Virus record (IMG/VR): IMGVR_UViG_3300042562_000678 | Location: 607-64,606 of that record | Reading direction: 5' to 3' (one strand) | Length of the DNA: 64,000 nt | From: a virus | Taxonomy: Duplodnaviria; Caudoviricetes | Part shown: positions 39,401-47,560 of the stretch, piece by piece | Layout: each line of letters begins with the position of its first letter | Position numbering within the stretch: position 1 is the stretch's first letter | Notes under the pieces: generated by a model | The model's input: only the letters and a program-made list of their open reading frames with translations | Database searches by the model: none | Told to the model about the DNA's origin: nothing | Translations under genes and position numbers: made by a program

Positions 39401-39565
39401 TTCCCAGTCACCTGCGGTCAGGTCAACAATGGTGTAGTACGTGGTGTTACCGTTGCCAATGGTGGAAAACGACTGGTACCCAAGAACCGCCCCATTAAGC
39501 GTAACAGTACCCGTCCCAGTGGTTCCCGTTATTTCCTGTACCCTGTCTTTTACTACAAGTGCCAT
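36410..39565 (-). CDS. tail fibre protein 1
   Basis: 1051 aa; MALVVKDRVQE N-terminus; RILVKNE...NGVY...LTRATD; ATNATFASS repeats; C-terminal AKAWVNFNG...NVSSVT..GTGDY. Confidence 0.8.
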   Translation of the reverse strand: MALVVKDRVQEITGTTGTGTVTLNGAVLGYQSFSTIGNGNTTYYTIVDLTAGDWEVGIGTYTSAGPSLSRTTVLSSSNAGSLVSFGVGTKNVFVTYPSSRSVYLSAAGLAVDVLDIGTLGTSTANISTANITAGTVSTTPVNNTDIVNKQYADAIASGIHFHEAVDLATTTALPANTYNNGASGVGATLTANANGALSVDSTLTVVSNRILVKNEAAQANNGVYTVTQVGSAGAPYILTRATDFDTVGTGVDQIDEGDFFLVTSGTANVNTAWVQQTAPPIVVGTTAIVFQQFSAPITYTAGTGLSESPTYTFNIATTGVTAATYGTASSVPVMAINAQGQVTTATNTAIAIAAGAVSGLAASATTDTTNASNISSGTLGTSRLSGSYTGITGTGALAAGSLATGFTAVSAPLGGTGQTSYAVGDLLYADTTSSLAKLADVAVGNALISGGVGAAPSWGKVGLATAVSGTLPIANGGTNSTATATNGGVGYGTGTAHAYSVAGTSGQVLQSNGAAAPTWLAQSSIAAGSATNATFASSATNATFASSATNATLATTATLATLATLATLATTATNAGAATNAGFATNATFATSAGSATNAGAATNATFATSAGSATNASAATNAGFATNATNLTSTQSNWATNGTVSAVVGQLAWKNYGNNHVIFDASNSTSPSGTAVSNTNATYPWSGTHPTLMGWNGANTYGIRVDSARVADSASSATNATFASSATNATFASSATNASAATNAGFATNATFATTSTNATNATYLNTSSPIYRSAAGAGYLNGQYSSGIETVSTSGAIYSIGGAYVPGTTTLGNMYGIGYTYTGSGRAVGNPAGAPSDLWGLYGASGGTARWFLDSDNGRGYFAGNLYVVGGNQVVYNSGTWGISISGSAASATNAGFATNATFASSATNATFASSATNATFASSASSATNATFASSATNATLATLATTATNAAKAWVNFNGTTSPGTIRAQFNVSSVTRNGTGDYTVNFSSALADANYACVITGENTTFNNSYTWVAAGGTQTASAVQMLSVGGAGLFNSARMNVACFR

Positions 39566-39574
39566 TTGTGCCTC

Positions 39575-40432
39575 TTACGGTTGGGTTTTAACAGTCTGCC
39601 AAGTGGTTGACTGCGCGGTATTCACTTCTGCCCAGCCTGCTGTCTGTGCTGCGTTGATTGTCCCCCAACCCGCCGTTTGCGCATCGTTGATGATTTCCCA
39701 CAAGAATCGGGCGAGGATTACATCTGCCCCCACTGCGCTTTCTTGTATGGTAGCAAGAAAGACGGCTGAAGCCAAGAGTGAATCCAAGGCGGCGGCGGTT
39801 TCGTTAACCTCCGCACCAAAGGTAGATGGTGCCACCAATACGCTGTCAGCCCCTGCGGCTGTTTCAGCTACCGCCACCCCAAACCCAGCAGCGGCGGCAA
39901 TGGAGTTCAAAGCTGTGGCTGTTTCATCCAACGTTGAAAACAAGACGCCATTGGCGCTGACAGTATCCAAAGCCGCTGCCAACTCTTGAATGAACACGGT
40001 GTACTCAAGGCCCGCAATCAGCAAATCCGCTGCTGTGGCCGTTTCGGGGGTTGCCGCTACAAAATTTGCTTGGGCTGAATACAGGTCAGACACACTGACA
40101 GTATCTGCATACACCCCCTCAAAAGTTGCCGCAGCAGCCGCCACATCCGAAGCAGTTGCTGCATCCTCAAAGTACGCCGGGAACACCACCAAAGCTGAAG
40201 GCGTATCCAATGCAGTGGTGGTCTCTGCTATAGCTGCGCTGAAGTCAGACTCTGCAACAACAAGGTTCTCTCCGACGGCGATTTCTTCCAAAATCAAAGG
40301 CGCAAACAACGCCACCGCACTGACCGCTGTGTCTGATGCCGTTACCGCCTCATCAACTGCGCTATCGTAAATAGCGCCAGCCCCCGCTAGAGCAGCAAAG
40401 GGTGCGGCGGCAAATGCGGAAGTGCCGAACAC
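39575..40432 (-). CDS. acidic Ala-rich virion-associated protein
   Basis: MFGTSAFAAAPFA start, ~21-aa E-T-A-x-A-x-D repeats, C-terminal Q.AGW repeats. Confidence 0.65.
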   Translation of the reverse strand: MFGTSAFAAAPFAALAGAGAIYDSAVDEAVTASDTAVSAVALFAPLILEEIAVGENLVVAESDFSAAIAETTTALDTPSALVVFPAYFEDAATASDVAAAAATFEGVYADTVSVSDLYSAQANFVAATPETATAADLLIAGLEYTVFIQELAAALDTVSANGVLFSTLDETATALNSIAAAAGFGVAVAETAAGADSVLVAPSTFGAEVNETAAALDSLLASAVFLATIQESAVGADVILARFLWEIINDAQTAGWGTINAAQTAGWAEVNTAQSTTWQTVKTQP

Positions 40433-40438
40433 AAAGGA

Positions 40439-41014
40439 TTACGCAGCGTCAAGGCTGAACGTGTAGGTCACATTCAACGTGTCGCCGCTCACCACGGTAC
40501 GGTCGCCAGGAGACTGGAAATCGGCTTCAGAGAACAAAACCCCCGAAGTGCCGCTGCTCACAGTGCACAGGAACGCGCCTGCGACAACACCACCAGAGCT
40601 TGTGATACTGAACGAAGAAGGCGAAGCAGAGTTGCTGATGACGGACGGATCGGCAGTTGTGGCCGTACCAAAAGTCACAGCCTTACGGGAGCCACTGTAG
40701 TTGGTGAACTCCGTCCATGCTTTAGACGCCAAGGTGTCAGTGGCTGCGTATGTCGTGCCAGAACCGGGGCCGGTTACCAACCCCAGGAAGAACGCCGCAG
40801 TGTAGGTGCTGCCTTTGAAGTACTGGGTGTTCATGTCTTGCAGCCCCTCGTTGACCACGAGGTTGTGCATCTTGTCTTCCCACTTCACGTTGCCGTCTTT
40901 GTCCAAGCACTGAACGTGGAACACACCGCCGCCACGAGCGCCGTTTTGCAAGGCCGTGCCAGCAACCAGACCCGCAGTTACGGTATCGGTAGATTGAGCT
41001 TTTTCGTTGAACAT
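40439..41014 (-). CDS. structural protein
   Basis: AAGGAG SD; KWED..HNLVVNEG, GDTLNVTYTF. Confidence 0.7.
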   Translation of the reverse strand: MFNEKAQSTDTVTAGLVAGTALQNGARGGGVFHVQCLDKDGNVKWEDKMHNLVVNEGLQDMNTQYFKGSTYTAAFFLGLVTGPGSGTTYAATDTLASKAWTEFTNYSGSRKAVTFGTATTADPSVISNSASPSSFSITSSGGVVAGAFLCTVSSGTSGVLFSEADFQSPGDRTVVSGDTLNVTYTFSLDAA

Positions 41015-41024
41015 AGGGTGCTCC

Positions 41025-41447
41025 TTAAACAAGTCGAATGAGTGCCGATGTGCTTGTGTTTGCAGGCATCGTCACGGTGAAAGTGTTGACAGACGTTTTG
41101 TTACTGCCGAAGTCCAAAACGCACACAGCGCCGTTGGCCCCTGCCTTGTAAATCAAAGCGCCCCTGGCAGTGATTACGCCCGTCCAAGACGGCGAAGAAA
41201 AGTTGATGAACACAATGCTGCCAGAAGACGCCAACTCAGTGCCAATCGTTGCAGTAACCACGGACCCCGTTGGCGAGTAATTGCCCCCAGATGATTCACC
41301 GTCCGTAGTGTACGCGGTGGTATTCTGGTCAAGTGTGGCGGCATTGGTATACAGCGCCAGACGAAACGTGTCTGTCGCAAAATTGATCGTGCCGTTTGCC
41401 AGCCCCGAACGAAGCGTGTTGCAACTGTAGTTGCCCGTGAACGCCAT
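41025..41447 (-). CDS. structural protein
   Basis: TFRLALYT...TARGALIY...VLDFG. Confidence 0.7.
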   Translation of the reverse strand: MAFTGNYSCNTLRSGLANGTINFATDTFRLALYTNAATLDQNTTAYTTDGESSGGNYSPTGSVVTATIGTELASSGSIVFINFSSPSWTGVITARGALIYKAGANGAVCVLDFGSNKTSVNTFTVTMPANTSTSALIRLV

Positions 41448-42193
41448 CAGCGAACCCCACTATTCTGGGGCAGAGGCGACTGGCGATACTGCCCACTGCG
41501 GTACGCATCGCTGCGCTCCAGCCCATCGCCCAGACGCTGTGCCAATGCAAGTGCTTCCTTGTATTTGCCGTCATACAAAGCGATCAAGTCTTGCTCACCC
41601 TTCATGAAGGTGTACGCCTCAACCAAAGACCCATACAACAGCACACTGTCAAAGTTGTCACCAAGCCACGTTTGGCCAGAAGCCGCCGTGGTGATGGAAG
41701 TTGGGTAGTAGTAATAGTGCAACTCAACGTCATATACCGCATCTGGCGTGGGGCCGAGGATAAATGACAACTCGTTGGTGATTACAGGAGACGCCTCGTT
41801 TGTGGTTGTTGGTCCAAACAATGCGTAGTACTTGGGGGTTGCTGTGTCGGTGGCTTTGGGGTACGCCTGCCGGATGAAGTTCACGTCCTTGTTGAGCAAA
41901 AACTCTTGCCCATCAGCGGTTATGACCGCCAACGAAAACGTGGAAAGAAAGTCTATCGGGCACGACAAATACTTGTTGCCCGTGGACGTTAACCCCGTCA
42001 CGTTTTTACGCAGTGATGGGAATTGAACCGAGTTGTATATACGCTGTTCCGCTTGCGTGATGAAAGTGTTAATCTGTGTCGTTGCAGACACAGTACTCCC
42101 CACCGTTGCCGGAGGTACAGGGGCCAGATATACATCGGGAAACTGGTTCTCCGTGTACGTCTGAATTGTGTTATACAACTCGGTGTAGTTCAT
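41447..42193 (-). CDS. head-tail adaptor / tubular protein A-like
   Basis: FITQAEQRIY, PKYYA, GPTPD..Y.VELHY, LLYGSLVEA. Confidence 0.7.
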   Translation of the reverse strand: MNYTELYNTIQTYTENQFPDVYLAPVPPATVGSTVSATTQINTFITQAEQRIYNSVQFPSLRKNVTGLTSTGNKYLSCPIDFLSTFSLAVITADGQEFLLNKDVNFIRQAYPKATDTATPKYYALFGPTTTNEASPVITNELSFILGPTPDAVYDVELHYYYYPTSITTAASGQTWLGDNFDSVLLYGSLVEAYTFMKGEQDLIALYDGKYKEALALAQRLGDGLERSDAYRSGQYRQSPLPQNSGVR

Positions 42194-42390
42194 GCCATCG
42201 GGCCTCTGGCCATCTTGCCTTTGGTCTGCGCTTTACCGCCACGCACCACAATACCAGAGGTCTTCATGGGCGGGTAGTCCTGGCTGCGCGTGTTGGCCAC
42301 AGCCACGTTTGCTTTGCGCATCGTCTCTTTGGCTGGCTCTTCGCCAACAATCACGTTGGCCACTTTTTTGGGTACCTTGTACGTTGCCAT
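42190..42390 (-). CDS. small basic protein
   Basis: GGAGG SD; KTSGIVVRGGKAQTKGKMARGPMA. Confidence 0.6.
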   Translation of the reverse strand: MATYKVPKKVANVIVGEEPAKETMRKANVAVANTRSQDYPPMKTSGIVVRGGKAQTKGKMARGPMA

Positions 42391-42391
42391 A

Positions 42392-42583
42392 TCAGCCTCC
42401 ACGGCCAGGGCTGCGCTGGTTCATGACCTTGGCCATGTTGCGCCCGTATTTGAGCATGTCGCCGTTGGTCTTGCCGCCAGCCTTAAGCTTGGTCATTGGC
42501 TTGCCAGGGTGCATCTTTTTCTCATGCTTATGCACCGCGCCTGCGATCATCTTCTTGTCTTGTGCCAAGTCTTTCTTGTCCAT
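42392..42583 (-). CDS. small basic protein
   Basis: AAGGAG SD; HKHEKKMH, LKAGGK. Confidence 0.6.
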   Translation of the reverse strand: MDKKDLAQDKKMIAGAVHKHEKKMHPGKPMTKLKAGGKTNGDMLKYGRNMAKVMNQRSPGRGG

Positions 42584-42593
42584 CTTCGACTCC

Positions 42594-43022
42594 TTATGTC
42601 GTTGCTACCGTAACTGTACCCAATTGCACGTTCAAAACCAAGTTATTTGGTGTCAAAGCGGCATCAAAAAATTCTGAACCCCCGACAGGTGTCCAGCCCC
42701 ACTGAAAAATCCTGCTGCCCCCGCTGAGAATCCCCTGCGCATCAGCCGCCGAACTGTTGGTCAACACGATCTGCAAACCTGTTCGGCCAGACACTTTGTA
42801 GCTGATGTCGGGCCGGGGGTCTCTAATCCCTTGCGGGTCATCCACCGGGTACATGCCCAGTTGCAACTGCGGCTGATCCGGGTCCCAACACTGGGGGCAC
42901 ACCTTGAGATCATATACCTTGGTCTTGACAACTTCTTTGCGCAGCGTGGTTAATTTGAAGCGAAACCCGCAACGGTCGCACTCCGCAATTGAATTCTTGC
43001 CAGACGCAAACCTGTTACCCAT
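42594..43022 (-). CDS. Zn-finger-containing conserved protein
   Basis: ASGK...CDRCG...CPQCWDPDQPQ. Confidence 0.7.
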   Translation of the reverse strand: MGNRFASGKNSIAECDRCGFRFKLTTLRKEVVKTKVYDLKVCPQCWDPDQPQLQLGMYPVDDPQGIRDPRPDISYKVSGRTGLQIVLTNSSAADAQGILSGGSRIFQWGWTPVGGSEFFDAALTPNNLVLNVQLGTVTVATT

Positions 43023-43963
43023 TAAGTGCCGCCCCCAATGAACATCTGCCTGGGCACAAGCCGCAGCGCTGCACGTTCTTGGTCTTCATCCGCAGCCGTC
43101 ATCCAGGCTTCGTCGTACTGTTGTTTGAGCACGCCCAGGCGCTCCATGCCACCGGGCACTTTGAGCGCAATGTAGTAGGCCAGACCTGCTGCCATGCAAG
43201 GAACAAACCGGAAGGGCACATCCATGACGTTCACGCCACCGCCAGCATCCTGCACCCGGCGCATGCGCCAATACACAAACTGGTAGGTCTGAGAGCCGTC
43301 AGGTGTGGGCCACACAGTGACACGGGGGGCGTTGTTGACACGGATGGGGTTGCCCGCCGCAGGGGTCTGCTGGGTCGTGCCGATCTGTGCACGAAACACG
43401 TTACTAAGGGTATTCCCCGAGATGTAGTTGTAAAACACCGTCTCGGTGCCGCCAGCAGTCACGATGTCCACATAGCCAATGGCGGGGAGCCCGACAACGG
43501 AGCTCAACGTGATCGTTGCCGCAGTCAAATCTTGGGACACAAACGTCGAAGCGGTGGTGGCCACCTGCCCGTCCAAGCGCTGATACCAGACCTGGATGGG
43601 CCGAGCTTGGTTAAGTTTGTTGGGGATGGTTGCGTAGGTGGACACGCTGATGCGTGTGATGGTCAAGTCCGCTTGGTTGGACAGGATGTTGGCATTGGTG
43701 CGGATTACATGGTCGAGCAAATCCACGGTGTCGTTTGGTACGGCGTAGGTGTTCAGCCCTTGTGTCAGGGTGATCGTCCCCTGCTCAAACGTCCACATGT
43801 TGACGCCGCGGTTGGCCCAGTCAGCAAACAGTAAGTTCAGGGATCGACGCGCTGTTCGCAGGTCATACCCCGTGCGCATCTCTGAACCCGCACGTTCAAA
43901 TGCCTCCTCGACCAACTCGGTGAGGTCGAGGTTAAAGCCTGATTGTCCAGAGGTGACTGCCAT
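43022..43963 (-). CDS. tail/neck adaptor protein
   Basis: EEAFERAG, ARRSLNLLFADWANRG.N.WT, VWPTPD, PFRFVPCM.AGLAYY. Confidence 0.7.
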   Translation of the reverse strand: MAVTSGQSGFNLDLTELVEEAFERAGSEMRTGYDLRTARRSLNLLFADWANRGVNMWTFEQGTITLTQGLNTYAVPNDTVDLLDHVIRTNANILSNQADLTITRISVSTYATIPNKLNQARPIQVWYQRLDGQVATTASTFVSQDLTAATITLSSVVGLPAIGYVDIVTAGGTETVFYNYISGNTLSNVFRAQIGTTQQTPAAGNPIRVNNAPRVTVWPTPDGSQTYQFVYWRMRRVQDAGGGVNVMDVPFRFVPCMAAGLAYYIALKVPGGMERLGVLKQQYDEAWMTAADEDQERAALRLVPRQMFIGGGT

Positions 43964-43964
43964 A

Positions 43965-45017
43965 TCAGTAGAACTCGTCCATCATTTGGGGAACAGCTTG
44001 CTGCCCACCAAACCCTCCACGCCGCCCTTGCAACATCGACGCCAAGCCTTGCAGCCCCATTTGCCCACCGTAGCCACCGCCCATGCGGCCACCATAACCG
44101 CCGCCGTAGCCACCACGACCGCCGCCGTAGCCACCGCCACCACCGTATCCGCCACGACCGCCGCCGTATCCGCCACGACCGCCAAAATCAGGCATGCCCA
44201 TCCTGTTGTCTATGCGGGGGCCGGGAAGCTGCCGTTGCATAAAGTCACCAATACCGATTTCTGAAGCCACCTGCTCTGAGCCGGGTTGCTGTGGCATTAC
44301 CGCAGCCCGCATGTCACCTTGGGTAGCTTGGTCTCGCTGCATCTGGTACATGTCCTGTTGGGTAGCCTGCTCGTACATCCGCTGTTGCCGAGCTTGGTCT
44401 TGCATGTTCCGCTGTTGCTGCATCTGGTCAATGTTGCCGTATGGGTTTTGCCCCATCTGTCCTTGTTGTCCTTGCGGCTGTTGGAACCCGCGCAGCTTGC
44501 CCTGCAAGTCTTGCAACTGCTGGTACATGGGCGCTTTCTGCATGTACTCGTTCATCTGACGACCAAGGTCTTGCTCCTGCTTCTGGTACGCCTGGAAGTC
44601 CGGGTTGTTCATGTACGAGGGCTGCTGGCCCATTGGTTGCGGCATCTGGTTGGGAGCGCCAAGTTGTCCCATTTGCTCCCCGACCTCGCGCCCCATTGAG
44701 CGATAGTCTTGCTGTTGCCCCATTTGTTGCTGCTGCTGAAACTGATTCATCCCATAGCCGGGACTGGACAGGGCCCCCATCCCACCAAACGGGTTTTGCA
44801 TCTGTTGCATGCCATACGGCTGTTGTTGCTGCATGCCAAACGGCTGGGGCTGCGCAGACGCGTTGCCCATACCCCCGCCTTGGTTCTGAGAACCAAAGTT
44901 GGACATGTACGGTTGCGCGTAGGAGGGGACACCCCCGCCCGGCTGCGCCGATGCGTTGCCCATGGGTTGTTGCCCCATGCCGCCTGAACCGCCTACACTT
45001 CCTGCTCCGCCTGCCAT
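43965..45017 (-). CDS. Gln/Met/Gly-rich low-complexity protein with RGG/YGG tail
   Basis: 350-aa ORF that fits exactly between its neighbours (TAATG coupling). Confidence 0.7.
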   Translation of the reverse strand: MAGGAGSVGGSGGMGQQPMGNASAQPGGGVPSYAQPYMSNFGSQNQGGGMGNASAQPQPFGMQQQQPYGMQQMQNPFGGMGALSSPGYGMNQFQQQQQMGQQQDYRSMGREVGEQMGQLGAPNQMPQPMGQQPSYMNNPDFQAYQKQEQDLGRQMNEYMQKAPMYQQLQDLQGKLRGFQQPQGQQGQMGQNPYGNIDQMQQQRNMQDQARQQRMYEQATQQDMYQMQRDQATQGDMRAAVMPQQPGSEQVASEIGIGDFMQRQLPGPRIDNRMGMPDFGGRGGYGGGRGGYGGGGGYGGGRGGYGGGYGGRMGGGYGGQMGLQGLASMLQGRRGGFGGQQAVPQMMDEFY

Positions 45018-45250
45018 TATCGGTACCCCGCTGTTTTCTTCGCAATGCTTTTGGGTTGCGCCACAAACTGTTTACCTGCCGCTTTACCCGCCCGCTTGGC
45101 CTTGGTAGTGGCAGCGTACTCAGAAGGACTGAGCGCCTTGATTGCCGCTTCTGGCAAATACCGCTCCCCCGTCTTTGACGAAGGCTTCCCCGACTTGGTG
45201 CGCCACTTCTGATCGCCCCAGTTTTTAAGGGAAGTCTGCGGTGCTTTCAT
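45017..45250 (-). CDS. DUF5872-like protein, C-terminal half
   Basis: SLKNW..QKWRTK...ERYLP...KQFV. Confidence 0.6.
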   Translation of the reverse strand: MKAPQTSLKNWGDQKWRTKSGKPSSKTGERYLPEAAIKALSPSEYAATTKAKRAGKAAGKQFVAQPKSIAKKTAGYR

Positions 45251-45372
45251 TCAAAGTCTTCAGCGGTCAAACCAGCATCTTCAAGTGCCAACTCTTCTAA
45301 AATTTCGTCCGTGCCACAAGTGCAAGGGCCATCTTCCATCACGGCGCAATCGTCCATATGTCTTTTAATCAC
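45247..45372 (-). CDS. small Cys/His acidic protein
   Basis: GGAGGAGG SD before GTG; HMDDC...CTCG. Confidence 0.5.
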   Translation of the reverse strand: MIKRHMDDCAVMEDGPCTCGTDEILEELALEDAGLTAEDFE

Positions 45373-45640
45373 GATAACCTCCTCCAGCCGCCTTGTATTT
45401 CTTGGCGACAAGTTGTGCTTTACGGGCTGACCATTGCCCCGCGCCCGTGCCATGAGTTGCTGCGGCTTTTACCTGAGACACAATTCGCTTGCGCAAACTG
45501 GGCTTGGTGTAATTGCCAGCGGCATTGACTTTCCCGCCTTCTTTGTACTGCTTGAAGTCGGTGTCGTCACGGCGTTCTTTTCGAACGCCCTTGGGCATTT
45601 TGGATGGGCTGATGTCGCCCATCCCGCGTGAGGCCATCAT
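45365..45640 (-). CDS. DUF5872-like protein, N-terminal half
   Basis: NYTKPSLRKRI...GQWSARKAQLVAKKYKAAGGGY. Confidence 0.6.
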   Translation of the reverse strand: MMASRGMGDISPSKMPKGVRKERRDDTDFKQYKEGGKVNAAGNYTKPSLRKRIVSQVKAAATHGTGAGQWSARKAQLVAKKYKAAGGGYRD

Positions 45641-45641
45641 C

Positions 45642-46007
45642 TCAGCACTTGCCGCCAGACTTCATGCCCAGGGGCTTGGAGCCAGCCATCTTGACCATGG
45701 TGCCCTTGGTCTTGCCTTTGGTGGCAATGCCGTCACGGCTGGGTGCGCCAGTCTTGACGCTGCCCATTTTGGCGGTGGTGATGCCACCAGACGCCATTTT
45801 CTTCGTGCTCATTGCTTTTTTCTTAGCAATCATTTCCATGAAAGGGTTCGCTTTAGCCATATCACCACCTCTTTTAAAAGACTTGCCTTTGTCGGCGTTG
45901 CTGAAATCTTTGCCCACAGACTGCGGGACTCCTACCTTCTTGGCAAACGATGGGTTGTTGGCCACCGCAGCCATGAAATTGTGCTGTTTCTTACTTGTTG
46001 ACGGCAT
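45642..46007 (-). CDS. small basic protein
   Basis: MPSTSKKQHNFMAAVA...; DGIATKGKTKG; three xxGG motifs. Confidence 0.65.
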   Translation of the reverse strand: MPSTSKKQHNFMAAVANNPSFAKKVGVPQSVGKDFSNADKGKSFKRGGDMAKANPFMEMIAKKKAMSTKKMASGGITTAKMGSVKTGAPSRDGIATKGKTKGTMVKMAGSKPLGMKSGGKC

Positions 46008-46179
46008 CTTTATACGCCCACCGTTGTACGGTATCCGTTTCCCAGATGCGGATAACCATCCATACGATGGTCAACACGCCGCCAATAAGCGTTACCACGG
46101 GCGTCATCCACCCTAAGAAACCCCCAAGGCCCATTACTACGGCAGCGCCGTCAGCCATTGTTTTTACGTCATGGTTCAT
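45991..46179 (-). CDS. small membrane protein (holin-like)
   Basis: Two hydrophobic stretches then IRIWETDTV. Confidence 0.6.
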   Translation of the reverse strand: MNHDVKTMADGAAVVMGLGGFLGWMTPVVTLIGGVLTIVWMVIRIWETDTVQRWAYKDAVNK

Positions 46180-46180
46180 G

Positions 46181-46435
46181 TCAACACTTCCAAGCCCGCA
46201 GGCTCTTGTTAATCCGACTGTTTGGGTCTTTGGCTGTTTTTTCGGATGTGAGTTTTTTCTTCATCCCAGTCATCCTTGCACAGAAAGAGTCGCGCCTGCT
46301 GCCGCCCTCTGGCTGCGGTGCTTTCAACCCCGGCTTGCCGGGATTGGCCTTGTTGTAGGAAGCCCGACCCTTGGCGTTCAAGCCGCCCTTCTCGGATTTG
46401 CCTTCCTTGCGTTGCCATGCTGGAGATTTAGCCAT
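46181..46435 (-). CDS. small basic protein (DUF6321-like)
   Basis: AWQRKEGK..GGLNAKGR...SFCARM...SLRAWKC. Confidence 0.65.
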   Translation of the reverse strand: MAKSPAWQRKEGKSEKGGLNAKGRASYNKANPGKPGLKAPQPEGGSRRDSFCARMTGMKKKLTSEKTAKDPNSRINKSLRAWKC

Positions 46436-46709
46436 AGAAAATTGTAATTTTTGCCGTTGCAGGCAGGGTTACGTGTATGTCGGAGTAGAACAAAATGCCT
46501 TCTCCGGGGATTGGCAAACCAAACGCTACCAAATTGGTAGAAATATTGAACTGCAACCGAATAGTTCCCGATGCGCCACCATCCCTGATGATTACATCGC
46601 CTGCCGTGCCGCCAGAAAGACACTGGTAGCCTTTAAGACGGGTGCGCTGCGACACCAGCGTGCCTGTTGCTTCCGTGTGCGCTGCTTTTACGTCTGTTTG
46701 CATCGTCAT
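46428..46709 (-). CDS. structural hypothetical protein
   Basis: MQTDVKA...IPGEGILF...TIFYG. Confidence 0.65.
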   Translation of the reverse strand: MTMQTDVKAAHTEATGTLVSQRTRLKGYQCLSGGTAGDVIIRDGGASGTIRLQFNISTNLVAFGLPIPGEGILFYSDIHVTLPATAKITIFYG

Positions 46710-46710
46710 G

Positions 46711-46863
46711 TTATTGCTCCGGTTCTGGTGCGTCTAACCTGTTTATAAGCATCTTGTACGCTTGGATTGTGGCTTGAGATTGAATCAAAAAGGTTTGGGC
46801 TTTTTGGGCTTCAGTCTCAAGGTCACGAATCTCAATCTCCAAGAATTCCTTGGTGATCTGCAT
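46711..46863 (-). CDS. small coiled-coil protein
   Basis: Read manually: MQITKEFLEIEIRDLETEAQKAQ...; fills the gap exactly. Confidence 0.55.
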   Translation of the reverse strand: MQITKEFLEIEIRDLETEAQKAQTFLIQSQATIQAYKMLINRLDAPEPEQ

Positions 46864-46864
46864 A

Positions 46865-47443
46865 TTAGCTGTTTGTTGTAGTCAACATGATGTAATACGC
46901 AGTACCAGCGCTGTCCACAATCTTCAATGAGTTTGTAGCTGCGCCCTGTGTATTGGCAGTAATCATGCCAGATGGAACGTTAAACAAGTTGGCCACTGTG
47001 CCAGTGCCGCTGTTTGTGAAGCGGATGAAAGAAGCATTTGTCCAAGTGCCACCAGAGGCAAAGTTAGAGTCAGCTTGAATAGCTGCAATCGTACCGCCGG
47101 GGTTTGTGGATGTGCCGCCCAAAGTAGCGCGAAGAGCGTTACCTGCACCGGAGATAGTGCCAGAGCCGTTGATGCTCAAGCTGATGTGAGCACCGTTAAC
47201 AGTACCGCCAGTAGCTGCGCCAACGCCTGTGACTTGAGTCAAAGCACGGTAAGTTTCACCAGAGCCAGTTGATGTAAAAGCCAAACGCTGATAAGACAGA
47301 CGTGTATCGCCAGTAGTGGCAGATGTGGTGACGTAAGACTCAGATACATTAGTAGCGGTAGTCTCAACGATGGGGGAAGAAGCTGTTCCGGTAATGAAGC
47401 CATTGTTAGATATGACTGGGCCGGAGAACGTGGTATTTGCCAT
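46865..47443 (-). CDS. putative capsid decoration / fibre protein
   Basis: MANTTFSGPV N-terminus; Thr/Gly/Ser-rich; directly after the capsid gene. Confidence 0.65.
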   Translation of the reverse strand: MANTTFSGPVISNNGFITGTASSPIVETTATNVSESYVTTSATTGDTRLSYQRLAFTSTGSGETYRALTQVTGVGAATGGTVNGAHISLSINGSGTISGAGNALRATLGGTSTNPGGTIAAIQADSNFASGGTWTNASFIRFTNSGTGTVANLFNVPSGMITANTQGAATNSLKIVDSAGTAYYIMLTTTNS

Positions 47444-47449
47444 GATATG

Positions 47450-47524
47450 TCCTTACATGCAAGTGGGGCGTATCTGTCTGCATGTCGTCAGCCGGGACTG
47501 TCAGATACACCGGGAACCCCGGAA
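47450..47524 (-). ncRNA. structured pseudoknotted 5' leader (cis-regulatory candidate)
   Basis: 9-bp stem GUGUAUCUG/CAGAUACGC plus 7-bp pseudoknot ACAUGCA/UGCAUGU abutting the AAGGA SD. Confidence 0.55.
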
Positions 47525-47531
47525 TAGTTGC

Positions 47532-47560
47532 AATATACACCAAAAGAAAAAGGGGCACAA
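47532..47560 (-). promoter_or_regulatory. putative sigma70 promoter embedded in the terminator
   Basis: TTGTGC-17-TATATT on the minus strand. Confidence 0.5.

Noticed and set aside
34154-39565. Shared fibre segments as a DGR template/variable repeat pair
   Set aside because: No reverse transcriptase was seen, both copies are coding and internal, and the differences are not adenine-specific
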